This document shows, piece after piece, positions 23,881-36,715 of a stretch of 64,000 bases of DNA; position 1 is the stretch's first letter, and each line of letters starts with the position of its first letter. This DNA comes from Octopus vulgaris (taxonomy: Eukaryota), in the NCBI GenBank assembly GCA_951406725.2, contig OX597814.1:61442001-61506000 (forward strand), written 5' to 3'. The notes beneath the pieces were generated by a model. The model was not told the origin of the DNA. It saw nothing but the letters and a program-made list of their open reading frames with translations, and did not search any database. Made by a program: the position numbers and the translations under genes.

Positions 23881-26750
23881 ATATGATTGTTTGTGTATCT
23901 GTGTTTACATTTGCCCTTCTCTGAATATATGCTCAGTTAAAGACTGATTTTGCTGTCATTCTGTCAATGGATTATCTGGTAGCTTTCTGCCTTCAAATAT
24001 ATGTCAAGTGCAGGCAAGAATCAGTAACAAGGACATTTGGTTGTAAAACACTGTCTCAGATATTTGTCTAACCTGTGCTAGCAAGAAAAGAAAAAAAAAT
24101 CACAAAATCAAATGAAAGTGTGTGTGTGTCTATTGTAAGTATTTAATAACAAGTTGACTCAGTTCCCCCTGTACTAATTTTCATGGGCACAGGTACATCT
24201 ACATTTTCAAGCATACATAGAGTAAGGAAAGTTTAAAGATGAGTTCTAAGTGAAAATGTTTTGTGTGTGGTGGGAGCTCCATTGGTCAGTTTGAGTCATG
24301 TGAATAGTTTGATAAAACAGTATGGTAACATAATAAATGCATACAGTGTCACTGTTTCCAGTAACATCAGGTGATTTTATGTACACTACCACACCATTTT
24401 TAAATACTTCCTATGATTCTGTATGTCTGATGATGTAGGCGCACATCTGCATAGAGTTAGGGTTATGGAATAAAGATATATACAGCTGCATGTTGGAGGA
24501 GAAGCAGTATTAAAAGGAAGAGTAAAGCAAGTGAGAGAGAGGGATTTAAATCAATGAGTAGTGCTGGTGCAATGATAAATTGCATCCTGTAAACTGGTTG
24601 GTATTTTGGACAGCATCCAGCTGCTACAACCATGCCAAATAAAATGTACAAGTGAAACATTTCCTTCCAGATCATTGTAGAAGTTAGTAACTCTGAATAG
24701 GAGCTGACCCATCCAATATATACAAATGGATTGGTTGTAAAATGATGATTATGTGCAGTGTGTGATTGTCTATGGTTAAGCAGAATTTATTGAGACAAAT
24801 TTACTATGGCCAGATGGCCCTTTCTGTCACCAACCCTCACCTGTTTCCACGTTAGGTAATATTTCCTATGTTCACAACATATGCCCTTTGCAGAAGACTA
24901 AATAAATGACATTGCCAGCTTGAAGGTAACTCTCATCTACAATCATGAAGTGATGTCATGACAAAAGGGACCACATACACACATGCTTATATTCTGCCTA
25001 CCAAATCCACTCACTAACCTAGGCTATACTAGAAGACACTTGCCTAAAATGTTGTGCAGTGGAACTGAACCTAAAACCACATGGTTGGAAAGTAAGCCTC
25101 TTATCATACAGCCTTTCCTGTGCTTATAAAAATATATATGTATATAGTTTCTCTTCCAGAGTAAAGAGCAGATCCGAAGTTAATGTATGAAGTATGATAC
25201 TGTAAGGTGGTGGATGTGATTGTGAAAAATTTGCTATGAGTGGAGAAAATTTAATCAAATATATTCTAGTGGATGTATAATATTGGTTTCAAATTTTGGC
25301 ACAAGGCCAGCAATTTTGGGAGAGGGGTAAATCGATTGCATTGACACCACAACTTCCTGTTTCCACTCCCTGTGCCTAACTGGTGGTTATTTTATTGACC
25401 CTAAAAGGATCAATGGCAAAGTGGACCTCGGCGGAATCTGAATTCAGAACATAAAGACTGATGAAATGTTGCTACGCATTTTGCCCGATGTGCTAACGAT
25501 TCTACCACCTCACTGCCTTACTGGCTGTATAATATTAGTGTGCGTGAACAATGGAGCACAAATGAACTGAGAGAAAAAGTGGATATAAGAGGAAATAAAT
25601 GAGAGACGACTATGCTGATATAGGAAAGTGTTGTATGTGGATCTTGTCAGTTGTATAAAGAAATTCTGAGCACTTGAAATGATCAGACCCTGTTAGAGAG
25701 AGAGACTAAGAAATGCATAGGATGAAGTGGAGAAAACTGATCTCAACTGAAACTTATAAAGGAATTGGCAAAACAGTATAATGATTTGGAATCACACAAT
25801 GCTTGAGAACACCTACCTACAATAGATGTGTGATAATGATGGTGGTACTGGAGCTTGAGATGTATAATGTATCTACATCAGGTCTCTCACTCATTATACT
25901 CCTGTTAAGTTTCTTCAGCCTGACTGAACTTGATCAAGACACTCTTGAGCTTCCAGCTTTTAAAATGTTAAAAGACATTTCAACTTCTAACCATTAACAT
26001 TCAGACTCAGAATTTAATGTGATAACTACATTGAGATAATCTGCATATAGGAACATTGAATCTTCTACAAAGACATTACCATTCATTACACGAGTAAAGG
26101 ATGAAATGAATTCAGCAGAAAATGTCAGAAACAATTCAACCATCAAAGGTACTGGATTATTTCTGAGTTCAAAATCCAATAAAGCTTTTGAATTCAGTTG
26201 AAAGTATTAATTTTCACACAACTGTTTTATTTAACAGTCCAGACCTTGCTCCTTGTGACTTTTGGTTGTTCCCCAAGCTGGAAAAGTGGGCAATAGAACA
26301 ATGATGATAATTTTTATGAACTATGCTGTAACATTTTAACCATAAAGTATTTTTGCAATAGTCAGACAGTCCTCTACTGATTGGTTAGAAATGGAAAAAA
26401 AAACTCTTAAGCAAAACAACTAAATAGGTTCTTAATATACACACTTTCTTAGTGCTCATAATCCCTTAATTGAAATTCTGAAGTTGAAAGGTGTTCAAAA
26501 TTAGAAATCTTTCGAAGTGTTAGAAGCACTACATATGGAAAGTTCCTAAAAGCACTAAAAAAAGTGTTGGTTGTAAGTGTGCATAAAACAAAAGTAAAAA
26601 GTGAAAGTGACATGAATGTTTCATGGGGCTGACAAGCTGAAGTGAATGTATAATGGGTAGATTTGTTTTGTGAAAATGAAAATGTTTCTAAAGTGAAACT
26701 GTTCCATGTGCAAAACTAGACCAGCACCAAATTTTTATAAAACAACCTTT

Positions 26751-27412
26751 CATCATCATCATCATCATCGTTTAGCGTCCGTTTTCCATGCTAGCATGGG
26801 TTGGACGGTTCTACTGGGGTCTGTGAAGCCAGAAGGCTTCATCAGGCCCAGTCAAATCTGGCAGTGTTTCTACGGCTGGACGCCCTTCCTAATGCCAACC
26901 ACTCCGTGAGTGTAGTGGGTGCTTTTTACGTGCCACCCGCACAGGTGCCAGACAGAGCTGGCAAACGGCCACGAACGGATGGTGCTTTTTATGTGCCACC
27001 GGCACGAGGGCCAGGCGAGGCTGGCAACAGACACGAATGGATGGTGCTTTTTACGTGCCATCGGGGCGGTGCTGGCAATGGTCGCAAAACGGAAGGTTCT
27101 CTTACATGCCACCGGCACTGGTAACACATCTGCAATTTCCATTCTGATCCTCACTTGCCTCAACAGGTCTTCACAAGTAGAGTTTCGACATGCCACCGGC
27201 ACTGGTAACACATCTGCAATTTCCATTGATCGATTTCGATTCTGATCCTCACTTGCCTCAACAGGTCTTCACAAGTAGAGTTTTGTGTCCCAAGAAGGGA
27301 AGGTATGCATACGTAGGCTGGCTCCATCCCATGTAGAAGGCCACGGGTTATGGACTCACTTGTCCTGCCGGGTCTTCTCGCGCACAGCACACTTCCAGAG
27401 GTCTCGGTCTCT
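26751..27412 (-). mobile_element. Young 5'-truncated RTE-clade LINE (ORF2 C-terminus + 3'UTR + (GAT)n tail)
   Basis: Reverse complement of the right end translates RDRDLWKCAVREKTRQDK*; CpG-rich; (cat)n at the left end; near-identical to 50238-50525. Confidence 0.85.
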
Positions 27413-27779
27413 AACTTTTATAGTAAATGATTAATGTCTTTAGACTTGGGTCTTAATGCTGAAGCTATTCTCTTTTATAGATGTAAATATACTATCATTC
27501 TGAAAACTGAAATAATCGATCTGAAATCCAAAATGCTTTCAGTCCTAAGTATTTCAAATAAAGGATTATCAATTGTACCATGAAAAGAAGGCAACAAGGA
27601 ATCCTTATCTTGCCTAGAAACTACGGCCAAATTTCCTTTGAATTACACTCAACCGTCTTAAAAGAGCCTGATATATAATACAGTTCTAGATATGTTAATA
27701 GATGGAGAGTCAGTGGCTGGAATATCTTAGATCATAGGTCCAATAGAGTTCAGTTCCCAGCCTCCTCCCATTTGCTATA

Positions 27780-28935
27780 ATCCTCCAAGCCGTAACAGAG
27801 ATATTTAAGTCTGGTTGTCCTTTGGAACTCCTGTATGCTGATGACTGAGCTCTTATAGCAGAATGTGTTGAAAAATCCAAGCAGAAATTCCAAACATTGA
27901 AGTAAAACCTGGAATTGAAGGACCTTAAGCAAACTAAATGTTTTTGTAAGTGGTAAAGAAGACTGGGCCTTGATACAACTCAGGAAATGGTTGTGCTCTC
28001 TTTGCAGAAAGAGAGTATAAATTCCATAAGATGTACCTCCATAAGATGTACCCTGTGTAAACAGTGGATATACAAGAATATTACAGAATCACAGATAGGC
28101 TAACAGAGGAAGTAGATTTCATATGCTGCAGGTATACTAGAACAACAATCATGATGAGCACTTGGAAAACAGATTCTCTCAAATGCAGGGATGGCTCTTA
28201 AGATATAGTTGACAGGTTTTATTAACTAGATGACCTTGTTAGCAGTGAGAGATATTATTCTGAAAGTGTGGTAGAAGGGCGGCGAGCTGGCAGAAACGTT
28301 AGTACGCTGGACGAAATGCTTAGCAGTATTTCATCTGCCGTTACATTCTGAGTTCAAATTCCTCTGAGGTCGATAAATTAAGTACCAGTTACACACTGGG
28401 GTCAATGTAATTGACTTAATCCCTTTGTCTGTCCTTGTTTGTCCCCTCTATGTTCAGCCCCTTATGGGCAATAAAGAAATAAATGTGGTAGCCAGAGTTA
28501 AGAATGAGTTAGAAAAGCTCGGTGAGTTGTTGCCTCTGTTGGCAACATATGTTTTCTCCCTCAATGTGATGGGTAGATTGTATGATGCTTGTACGTGAAA
28601 GACAATGCTGCATGCAATGAGCCATGGGCCTTGAAAGCAGAGGGCTTGTAATAAGTAGAAAGAAATGAAGTGAGCATGTTTTGTTGTATGTGCCATGTTA
28701 GTGAATGTGAATGATAGAGTACAATTGAGCTGAGAGACACACTGGGTATAAGAGGAATCAGATATAAATGCAAAGCAACAATGTAATGCCATATGATAAG
28801 CTGCATACAGGAACATTGAATCTTCTATAAAGACATTACTGTTAAGATGATGATAACAGTTGCATAAGGACTTAAAGTGAATAGCCCTTGTGGAAAAAAG
28901 AGACTGACAAAGACTTGAAATGGTGAGGTGAAAGA
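27780..28935 (+). mobile_element. Degenerate RTE reverse-transcriptase remnant interrupted by a SINE
   Basis: EIFKSGCPLELLYADD*ALIAE at ~27800-27860; homologous to the 51200-52115 remnant. Confidence 0.7.
28275..28483 (+). mobile_element. SINE family B variant with 8-bp TSD
   Basis: ggcggcgagctggcagaaacgttag...; tgtggtag duplicated at 28267-28274 and 28484-28491. Confidence 0.85.
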
Positions 28936-29369
28936 TGACCTCAAGTTGTTACATTAGACAAAGGTGATGACAGGTGACTGTGCTGACTGGTGGTAAGCAA
29001 TGAGGGAGAAAGCCTACTGAACTGATCTACTTTCAAGTTTGGTGAAATGTATGAAAAATATATATAAATACGTTCTCCATTTTCTTTCCTCATTCCTTTC
29101 TGTTGAAGAGTATAGGCTTGAAATGTCAAAGACTTTTTACAGAGTGTCAAACTAATACACCTTGTTTGTTATAATTTCACATGTCTCTGTCTTTTGATTT
29201 TGCACATTTAAGCTACATATACATACACACATATATATATATAAAAACAATAACACAGATGGGTTGACATTCACTACACCTGTTTCAGACATGTTCTTTG
29301 TTGAGGAACAAAACAATTACATCATTCAAAAAAAAGATTTTTTCTTCAGGTGAATTAAGAGTGAAATTT

Positions 29370-29494
29370 AACATTCAGGATTTTTCACATAAATAGAACA
29401 TAATGCATATTGATCCTCCCATCTTGGTTACGTCTGAAAGATGGGGAGGGTCAATATGCATTATGGTCTATTTATGTGAAAAATCCTAAATGTT
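29370..29494. repeat. Long inverted repeat (~56-bp arms, 12-nt loop)
   Basis: 29370-29425 is the reverse complement of 29438-29494 with about 4 differences. Confidence 0.9.
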
Positions 29495-29596
29495 TGTAGG
29501 TAAAAGGGCCAGCAAGGAGATGCCCTTCCTAATGTCAACCACTTTACTGAATGTCATAAAAATCAGTTTTCAAGTGACCCTCAAAAACTTTAGTCT

Positions 29597-30008
29597 TGTA
29601 ACAGGATCTGTTAGCATTTCACTGAAAGGGTGTCGATCCGATCCCGTCACATACAATTTAGTAAGACATAACAGACGAAGTCAGGTTATAGGTGAAAGAC
29701 AGCAGTTTGTTTATTAATTGCGATGGCGTACGTGTGTCTGATGGGAGAACGACAGCCTCTGATGTACAGCTTCTTGTTTGTTTGTTGAAGTGGTTCAATG
29801 TCGTTCGCGGCTAAGTTGGTGAGGTTATCAGAGTCCACAAAATGCACGTCTGTTCGCGTTGGCTGTCTGCCCAGAGAGAGGGAATTGAGTTTAGCGGGCC
29901 TAAGGGATCGTTTCCCGCACATGCGCATGGGGAGGACTTCCGGTGGCCACCCGGAAGTAGTCCCATTCTGCGCATGCACGCTGAACCCTACACAGTAGCA
30001 TCACTACA
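29597..30008 (-). mobile_element. Probable solo LTR
   Basis: TGTAAC...CTACA termini; flanks gtct/gttt; CpG-rich island in CpG-poor DNA; AATAAA on the minus strand near 29710. Confidence 0.6.
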
Positions 30009-30114
30009 GTTTTCTAATGGCTGACAGCTGTATTGAGACATCATAGGGTTGGGAGGACCCTTTAATCTTATTTTGTTGAGGATATCACAACCTATGTAGT
30101 GCTCATACTACATA

Positions 30115-31617
30115 CTTATGCCAAAGTTAGTTTGGTTAATTATTAATATTACCAAACCTACCCAACTTAAAATCAATTTTATTTGCTTTTCTATTCAGCA
30201 AGCTAGCTTATATTGGTTAGTTATTGATAATCAAACATACCTTGCCTTGTTTGAAAACTGATATTTTTTTCTTTCATTAATGTGTTTATGTTTGTGAAAG
30301 AAATAAGTAGAGAGGCAGAGGAAAAGAGAGAAATAAAAAAGAGAGTTTTGCACCTCTAAAAAAGTCATCTGTTCCACTATAATCAACGGCACAGACAAAC
30401 CTGGAAATTGTGTAGTGTCTATCATCCCTGGCCAACTAAAGAATCTCTGGTTTTACCACACTTACGTTAACACTGAATACTGTTAGATTATGTCAACAGA
30501 TCAGGAGTCATTTATGTTGCTGTCCTTCATCTTCTGATAAAATGATACAAAAAAATCTGTTTTTTTTCTTAAAAAGCATCAAGTGCAGGCAAAGCTGTGT
30601 GGTAAGTTTGCCTCCCAACCACATACTATGAGTAAATGCACCCAGTTCATTAGATAAAAGGCTTAGTGTAAGGAAAAGTATCCAACCATAGAAACTATGC
30701 TAAAGTGAAAACAGCTGAATGAGATTTGGTCTCTTAGTGATGCCTAGGAGGGCAGAAATCCCAAACAAGAACTGCTTGAACCATGAAAACCCATCCAACC
30801 TCTGTCAGCTGGAAGTGAATATAAAATGATGAGTATAATGATGATGATGATGGGCCCTACCCAATTCAAGAATGATTGGTAGCAAAGCACATCCCACTGA
30901 TACAATATTTATTCAGAAAGCATGATGTCATTGGGTTATGTAATTATTAAAATTTATTCTATTTTATTTACTGCAGTAGAAAGACAAACTGTAGAGAGGT
31001 AAGCTAAATGCTTTGCAGAAATTAGTTATGTCCCTTTGCATTGCTCATCATTCTTCTGGTGTCAATATAATTGATTTATACCTCTTCTTTACAAATCTGT
31101 GGCCTTATGCCAAAGTTAGTTTGGTTAATTATTAATATTACCAAACCTACCCAACTTAAAAATCAATTTTTATTTGCTTTTCTATTCAACAAGCTAACTT
31201 ATATTAGTTAGTTATTGATAATCAAACATACCTTGCTTCGTTTGAAAACTGATATTTTTTTCTTTCATTAATGTGTTTATGTTTGTGAAAGAAATAAATA
31301 GAGAGAGGCAGAGGAAAAGAGAGAAACAAAGAAAGAGTGTTTCTCATGTCTAAAGAAGTCATCTGTTCCACTATAATCAATAGCACAGACAAATCTGGAA
31401 GTTGTGTAGTGTCTATCATCCCTGGCCAACTAAAGAATCTCTGGTTTTACCACACTTACGTTATCACTGAATACTGTTAGATCGTGTCAACAGATCAGGA
31501 GTCATTTATGTTGCTGTCCTTCATCTTCTGATAAAATGATACAAAAAAATCTGTTTTTTTTCTTAAAAAGCATCAGGTGCAGGCAAAGCTGTGTGGTAAG
31601 TTTGCCTCCAACCACAT
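30115..31617. repeat. Local direct duplication of ~510 bp (30115-30624 and 31104-31617)
   Basis: Visibly colinear with scattered substitutions; paralogous ORFs at 30231 and 31222 in the track. Confidence 0.93.
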
Positions 31618-32469
31618 GCTTCCAGGTTCAGTCCTTCTGCTTGGTACCTTGAGCAAATGTGTTCAACTATAGCCCCAGGCTTGAGAGTTGATTTGGTGGA
31701 TGGAAACTGAAAGAAACCAGTTGTATGTATGTATGTATATATGTACAAACGAACAAATGATTTTTCTTTGAATTTGATTTAAGTTCTTGCGAGATTTCAA
31801 GCTGGTCGCTAACAAAGTAAGACTCTTTGAGTTAAGAGAGCTCCTGGTGTTTGTAAATATGTGGTTGAGTTGGTGTGTTAATTGAACTGTTAATGCATGC
31901 ACCCAAGTGTGTGCATCTATTCACATCAGAATCTCATATGAATTTCTGGAATGTCTTGCAAATCTTCATGGTGCCACTAATAGATAGGACATCAGTTTCT
32001 TTTGTACTTTTTCTGTAAAACCAAATGTTTCTAGGTTTCTGTGCAAATTTGTTGGTACACAACCTAATGCACTTATGATGACAGGTAAAAATGAGAAATC
32101 ATAGACAAGGGACATGAAAATTCATAATCAGCATACAAGCTGCATAACTGTCAGCAGAAAAATCATTCCAAGATATGCCTTCAATTCTACCATTCAAATG
32201 TTTTATAAGATCCAACAAATTTGTAGTACACACATATGTTTGTTTGTTCCCTTTTTAATTTTAGAGTAAAATTTGACTGGCCACCAACTTGGTAATGAGA
32301 TTGTGAAGGAAAGTATCTTCTTTTAAAAATAACCGTTGATATGGATGTATAAACACCCTCGCGCAAGCTGCATGGCACATGTATACAAAATCCATGATGA
32401 TGAAAGCATACGCACACACGTTCACATAGCAAGTTAAATAGCTACTTGGTGTTTATAAGAATGGGGAGC

Positions 32470-33090
32470 TTAAAGCTAAACTTAATTCATCCATACCTTA
32501 AAGAAAATTATTTTAACAGATTCATTTCCACTGCTTTGTGAGAAAGTACATTTATATGCATATGGGCATCTTGAGAGTCTTTCAGAAATTCTATTAATGA
32601 TCTTCACACTGGTCCACAGAATAGACAGGGATTCCTCGGAGCAGAGTTGGTATCTCCTGGAAATGATATTGTATGGTTTTGTGTGCCTTACTATGGACCA
32701 AGTTATGTCATACTTAATTTTATCTCCTTTCAGTCGCCACACAAAATCAGCCAAAGATGCTGAATGTCTCTTATTGATTCTCTTGAAGCTGGTGACATAG
32801 TTGTGATAACAATTCTTAAATGAATCAGCCATTTGCCCAATGTAAAATTATGGTCCTCCCCTTGTGTGCACAGTACATTTATATACAAGATTTGTACTCA
32901 TACAAAGTTTCATCAATGGGCATTTTGATTTTTCTTTGCAGGAGCATTTATTATACTTGTGTATATGATAATACTGACTTCATTTTCCAACGTTGTTACT
33001 GCATTAGCTATATCAGTCATTTCTACTATCATAATTTGGCTGTATTTGGTGCTTTTCATTGCAGTTTACATCTCCTTTGTAGGTATTTAT
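32470..33090 (-). mobile_element. Penelope-like element remnant (GIY-YIG endonuclease region)
   Basis: CPL..C...LVYKCTV...FYIGQMADSFKNCYHNYVTSFK...SLADFVWRLK...ITWSIV...PY...QLCSEE follows the PLE GIY-YIG C-terminal pattern; stops and frameshifts present. Confidence 0.8.
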
Positions 33091-33887
33091 ATGTGTATGT
33101 TTGTTAGATCTTGTAGGTGGGTTACATATATATGTAAAGGTAAAATCCAAGGATCATTTGGGTAATTACTACTTCCAAGGTCTGCTAGCTATGAAACATT
33201 TGTAGCTTGCGTTTTATCTACTCCATTTCCTAATTTTTGGATATATATATATATATTTATTATTCATCATTATTTATTTTTATTTTAGAAAAATTGAGGC
33301 ATGTCTTTGACAATTCTGGAGGATACTGAACTTATTTTTTGGCCCACTCTGTATATATGAAATCGTTACTATTTTAGCATCAACTTTTCCATGCTGTCAT
33401 GGGTTGGATGGATTTTTTTGAGAGCTTTTCAACAACTAGATGCACTTCCCGTCATCATCCTTCATTTGTTTCCAGGCAAGATAATTTCCATGGCCAGGCA
33501 TTAGAAACAAAGAACACTGCTTGCTTGACAGTGGCACTTGTTTACAACTATCATGTGAAGTTAAGGCAAGAGTAAACACAAACACATGCATAAATACATG
33601 TATATCTATACATACATGCCAGGCTTCTTTCAGTTTCTGTCTATCAAATCCACTCACAAGGCTTTGATTGGTGCAAAGCTATGATAGAAGATACTTGTCC
33701 AAGGTGCTGCACAGTGAGACTGAACCTGAGACAACACGGTTGGGAAGCAAGCTTCTTAAACACAAAGCCATGCCAGTCTATATATATGTGTGAATGTGTA
33801 TGACAATTATGAATGTTTCCATAGTTTGCCTCAAGCAGATTTCTGATGGCCAACCTGAAGTTGTAGAAAACACTTGCTCAGGGCACT

Positions 33888-34078
33888 GAGATGCTGAAAA
33901 GTTCCTGGTTTTGGGTAAAATAAAAATACAGGAGGATCAGTTAATTATGATTTTATTCAACATATTCCCCCACTTATTGTAGCAGTCCTTCAGTTTTACT
34001 AATCCCTGTAAAAGAACTCAGAAGGCTGGACCTTTCACGATTCCCTTTAAGCTAGGAACTTTTCGGCAGGACCTCATA
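33888..34078. mobile_element. Mariner-derived MITE
   Basis: Imperfect TIR gctgaaaagttcct ... aggaacttttcggc, ending cctcata. Confidence 0.55.
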
Positions 34079-35687
34079 TATAGTGAAATTAAACTTGAAA
34101 CCTTGTGGTCACAAAGTGAACTTAATTGCATAATCATGCCTCCATCTATACAAGCAATGGTGTGGCTTTGCTTAACATGAACATGGTTCCAAATTCAGTC
34201 CCACTGCATAACATCTTGAAAAAGTGTCATCTGCTAGAGCCATGGGCTGACTAAAGCCTTATGAGTGGATTTACTGGATAGAAAGAAGCCCTTCATAATC
34301 ATTTTTTAATGTCCATTTTCCATACTGGCATGGGTTGGATGGTTTGATAAGAGCTGGCAAGCTGCACCAGGTTCCAGTCTGATTTGGTTTTGTTTCTACA
34401 GCTGGATGCTCCTCCTAATGCCAACCACTTTACAGTATGCTGAGTGATTTTAACATGGCACCAGCACAGGACTCTTGTAGGCCTATCCTTTTCACCAAGG
34501 GATGCAGCTTTAACACTTCTGTTGTGGAAGATGGGTCTTCTTGAGTATAGCAAGGTGCCAGTGTGTGTTTTATGGTCTCTGCCTTGACATCGTGTGATAG
34601 TTGTAATCGAAAGTCACCTTTATTTTCAATCTTCTGTGAAAATATATCAGGCCATGAAGAAATATTACTATTCTTGGAAACATGGGAGGGTTGGTGACAA
34701 AAAGGGTATCTGGCTGTAGCAAAACCACCTCAACAAATTCTATCCAACTCAAGCAAGCATGGAAAAGTGGATGTTAAATTGATGATGGTGACTGTGATGT
34801 GTATTAAAGGCAGCAAGATGGCAGAATTGTTTGTATATCAACAAAATACTTTTGTTTTTTAATGTTCTGAACTCAAAATCCACTGAGGCTGACTTTTATC
34901 TTTCATCATTTCGAGGTTGATAAAATAAATACCAGTTGAGCAATTAATACTTCCCTCCAAATTGCTGGCCTTGTGCCAAAATTTGAAACCATAAAATGTG
35001 ATGTATATGTATATAGTAGAGATTACTTCTGGTGTGTTATTTCTTGTTTTGCTAACCAAGTTCTATCCACATTTGTAGATGAGTGGAGATGGTTAAATTG
35101 ACCGATATGTACTGGTAGTTATTTTATAGACATTTGAGGACTTAAATGCAAAGTTAGATCCATCTGGAATTTGAACTAAAGATGTAAATGGCTAGAATGA
35201 AACATTGTTTCTTTTTGTAGCACAAATGCTGCATTAAGTCAGTATTACAAATGAGCTAGCCCATAAAGAAAGTCTTTAAGCCAAGGTCATCCTGTCCTAT
35301 TTTCAGAAAAAGCATACTTAGACTACATTATCTACTGTAGAGTTACTTCCAGCAAGTTCAATTACCATGGAGAGGTATATTTGTCATATAACAAATTTAC
35401 TGTCAATTAAATGACTTCAGTATATACTGGTACTTCCAGCACAATTTGCAATCAGATTATAGAGTTTACAGTTACTATTATTTAATCTGATACCATTGTT
35501 TTGCTCTATTTCAACAATATGAGATTAACTTCTTCTCACATAAGAACAAGGCCACAGATTTATAATTGCTGTGATACATATGCATTGATGGTTGATATTG
35601 ACATAAATTGAAATAACTTTGACCAAGAATTGAAACTAAATCACAAAATTCACATAGCATGAACTTTTAGGAGTTGACATTATTCTC

Positions 35688-35915
35688 TTAACCCTTTAGC
35701 ATTTAAACTGGCTACATCCAGCCCAAATATTCTATCTGTTTTATGTTCAAACCAGACAGACCTGGTCTCTCACACATACCTTACAATGTCATTCTTAAAA
35801 TAAACAATCACATCACCAAAATCTCACGGCTACAAGATAATGCATTATTAATTCAGAACAACATGAATAAATAAGCATTACATTTGACAAAGTAATCTGA
35901 ATGCTAAAGGGTTAA
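35688..35915. mobile_element. TTAA MITE family 2, full length
   Basis: TTAA-ccctttagcatt ... aatgctaaaggg-TTAA. Confidence 0.85.
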
Positions 35916-35969
35916 TACTGCTGACAAGGCATAAAACACTATATAAAAAAAATCTTCTGCTCATCATAA

Positions 35970-36260
35970 TTACTTTTGCCTTAGTGAAGGCGGAGGTGTG
36001 TTTTCAGTCATGTTTGGACAAGATATCTCAAGAACCACTGGATGGATTCGTATGAAAGTTTCAGGGATATCTGGCACAAAATGATTAGATTTTGGGATTA
36101 ATCAGGTACCAGACAAGGATTCTGGAAAATTTTTCTGCTTTTTTTTTTACTTAATTTTTGAGAGTGGTTGGGTTCATTTTTAGTATTCTCATTTTAAAAA
36201 TCATCTCTGGCTAATCGTTGAGAGGACGTTAGTGTTGCTTTGGCAGAGGTTTGTGCTCTT
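35970..36260 (+). mobile_element. Non-autonomous DNA element (Helentron/HINE- or CryptonA-like)
   Basis: 5' hairpin ttttgcctt..aaggcgga; body gatatctcaagaaccactggatggattcgtatgaaa; 3' gctttggcagaggtttgtgctct; superfamily uncertain. Confidence 0.5.
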
Positions 36261-36370
36261 ATTTTATTTTAAAATAACAAGCAAAAATATGTTGCTAGAA
36301 TTTAGCTTTCATATAGTGGTTAACATTAACCTTTTTTAGTTGAATTAACAGCATCGTTGCTGAATTCATA

Positions 36371-36715
36371 TCTTTTACTTGTTTCAGTCATCTGATGGTG
36401 GCCATGCTGGAGTACCACCTTATTGGGTTTTAGTTAAAGAAATTATTCTTTTGTAAGCTTAGTACTTATTCTATTGGATTTATAGGGATGTAAATACACC
36501 AACACCAGTTGTCAAGCAATGATGGAGGAACAAATACAGATACAAATACACACAACAGACTTCTTTCAGTTTCTGTTTACCAAATCCATTCACAAGGCTT
36601 TGGTTAGCTCAAGGCAATAGTAGGAAGCACTTGCCCAAGGTACTATGCAGTGGGACTGAACCCAGAACCATGTAGTTGTGAAGCAAGCTTCTTTCCACAC
36701 AGCCACACCTGCACC
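36371..36715 (-). mobile_element. SINE family A
   Basis: Reverse complement of family A; similar minus copies at 33620-33775, 45778-46130 and 63566-63941. Confidence 0.8.

Noticed and set aside
26706-27390. Several overlapping 70-120 aa ORFs, with a twin at 50101-50466
   Set aside because: Chance frames in the GC-rich 3'UTR of a repeated LINE
31745-32012. Minus-strand exon-like segment after ttttacag
   Set aside because: Stops in all three frames, weak donor and no recognisable protein; insufficient support
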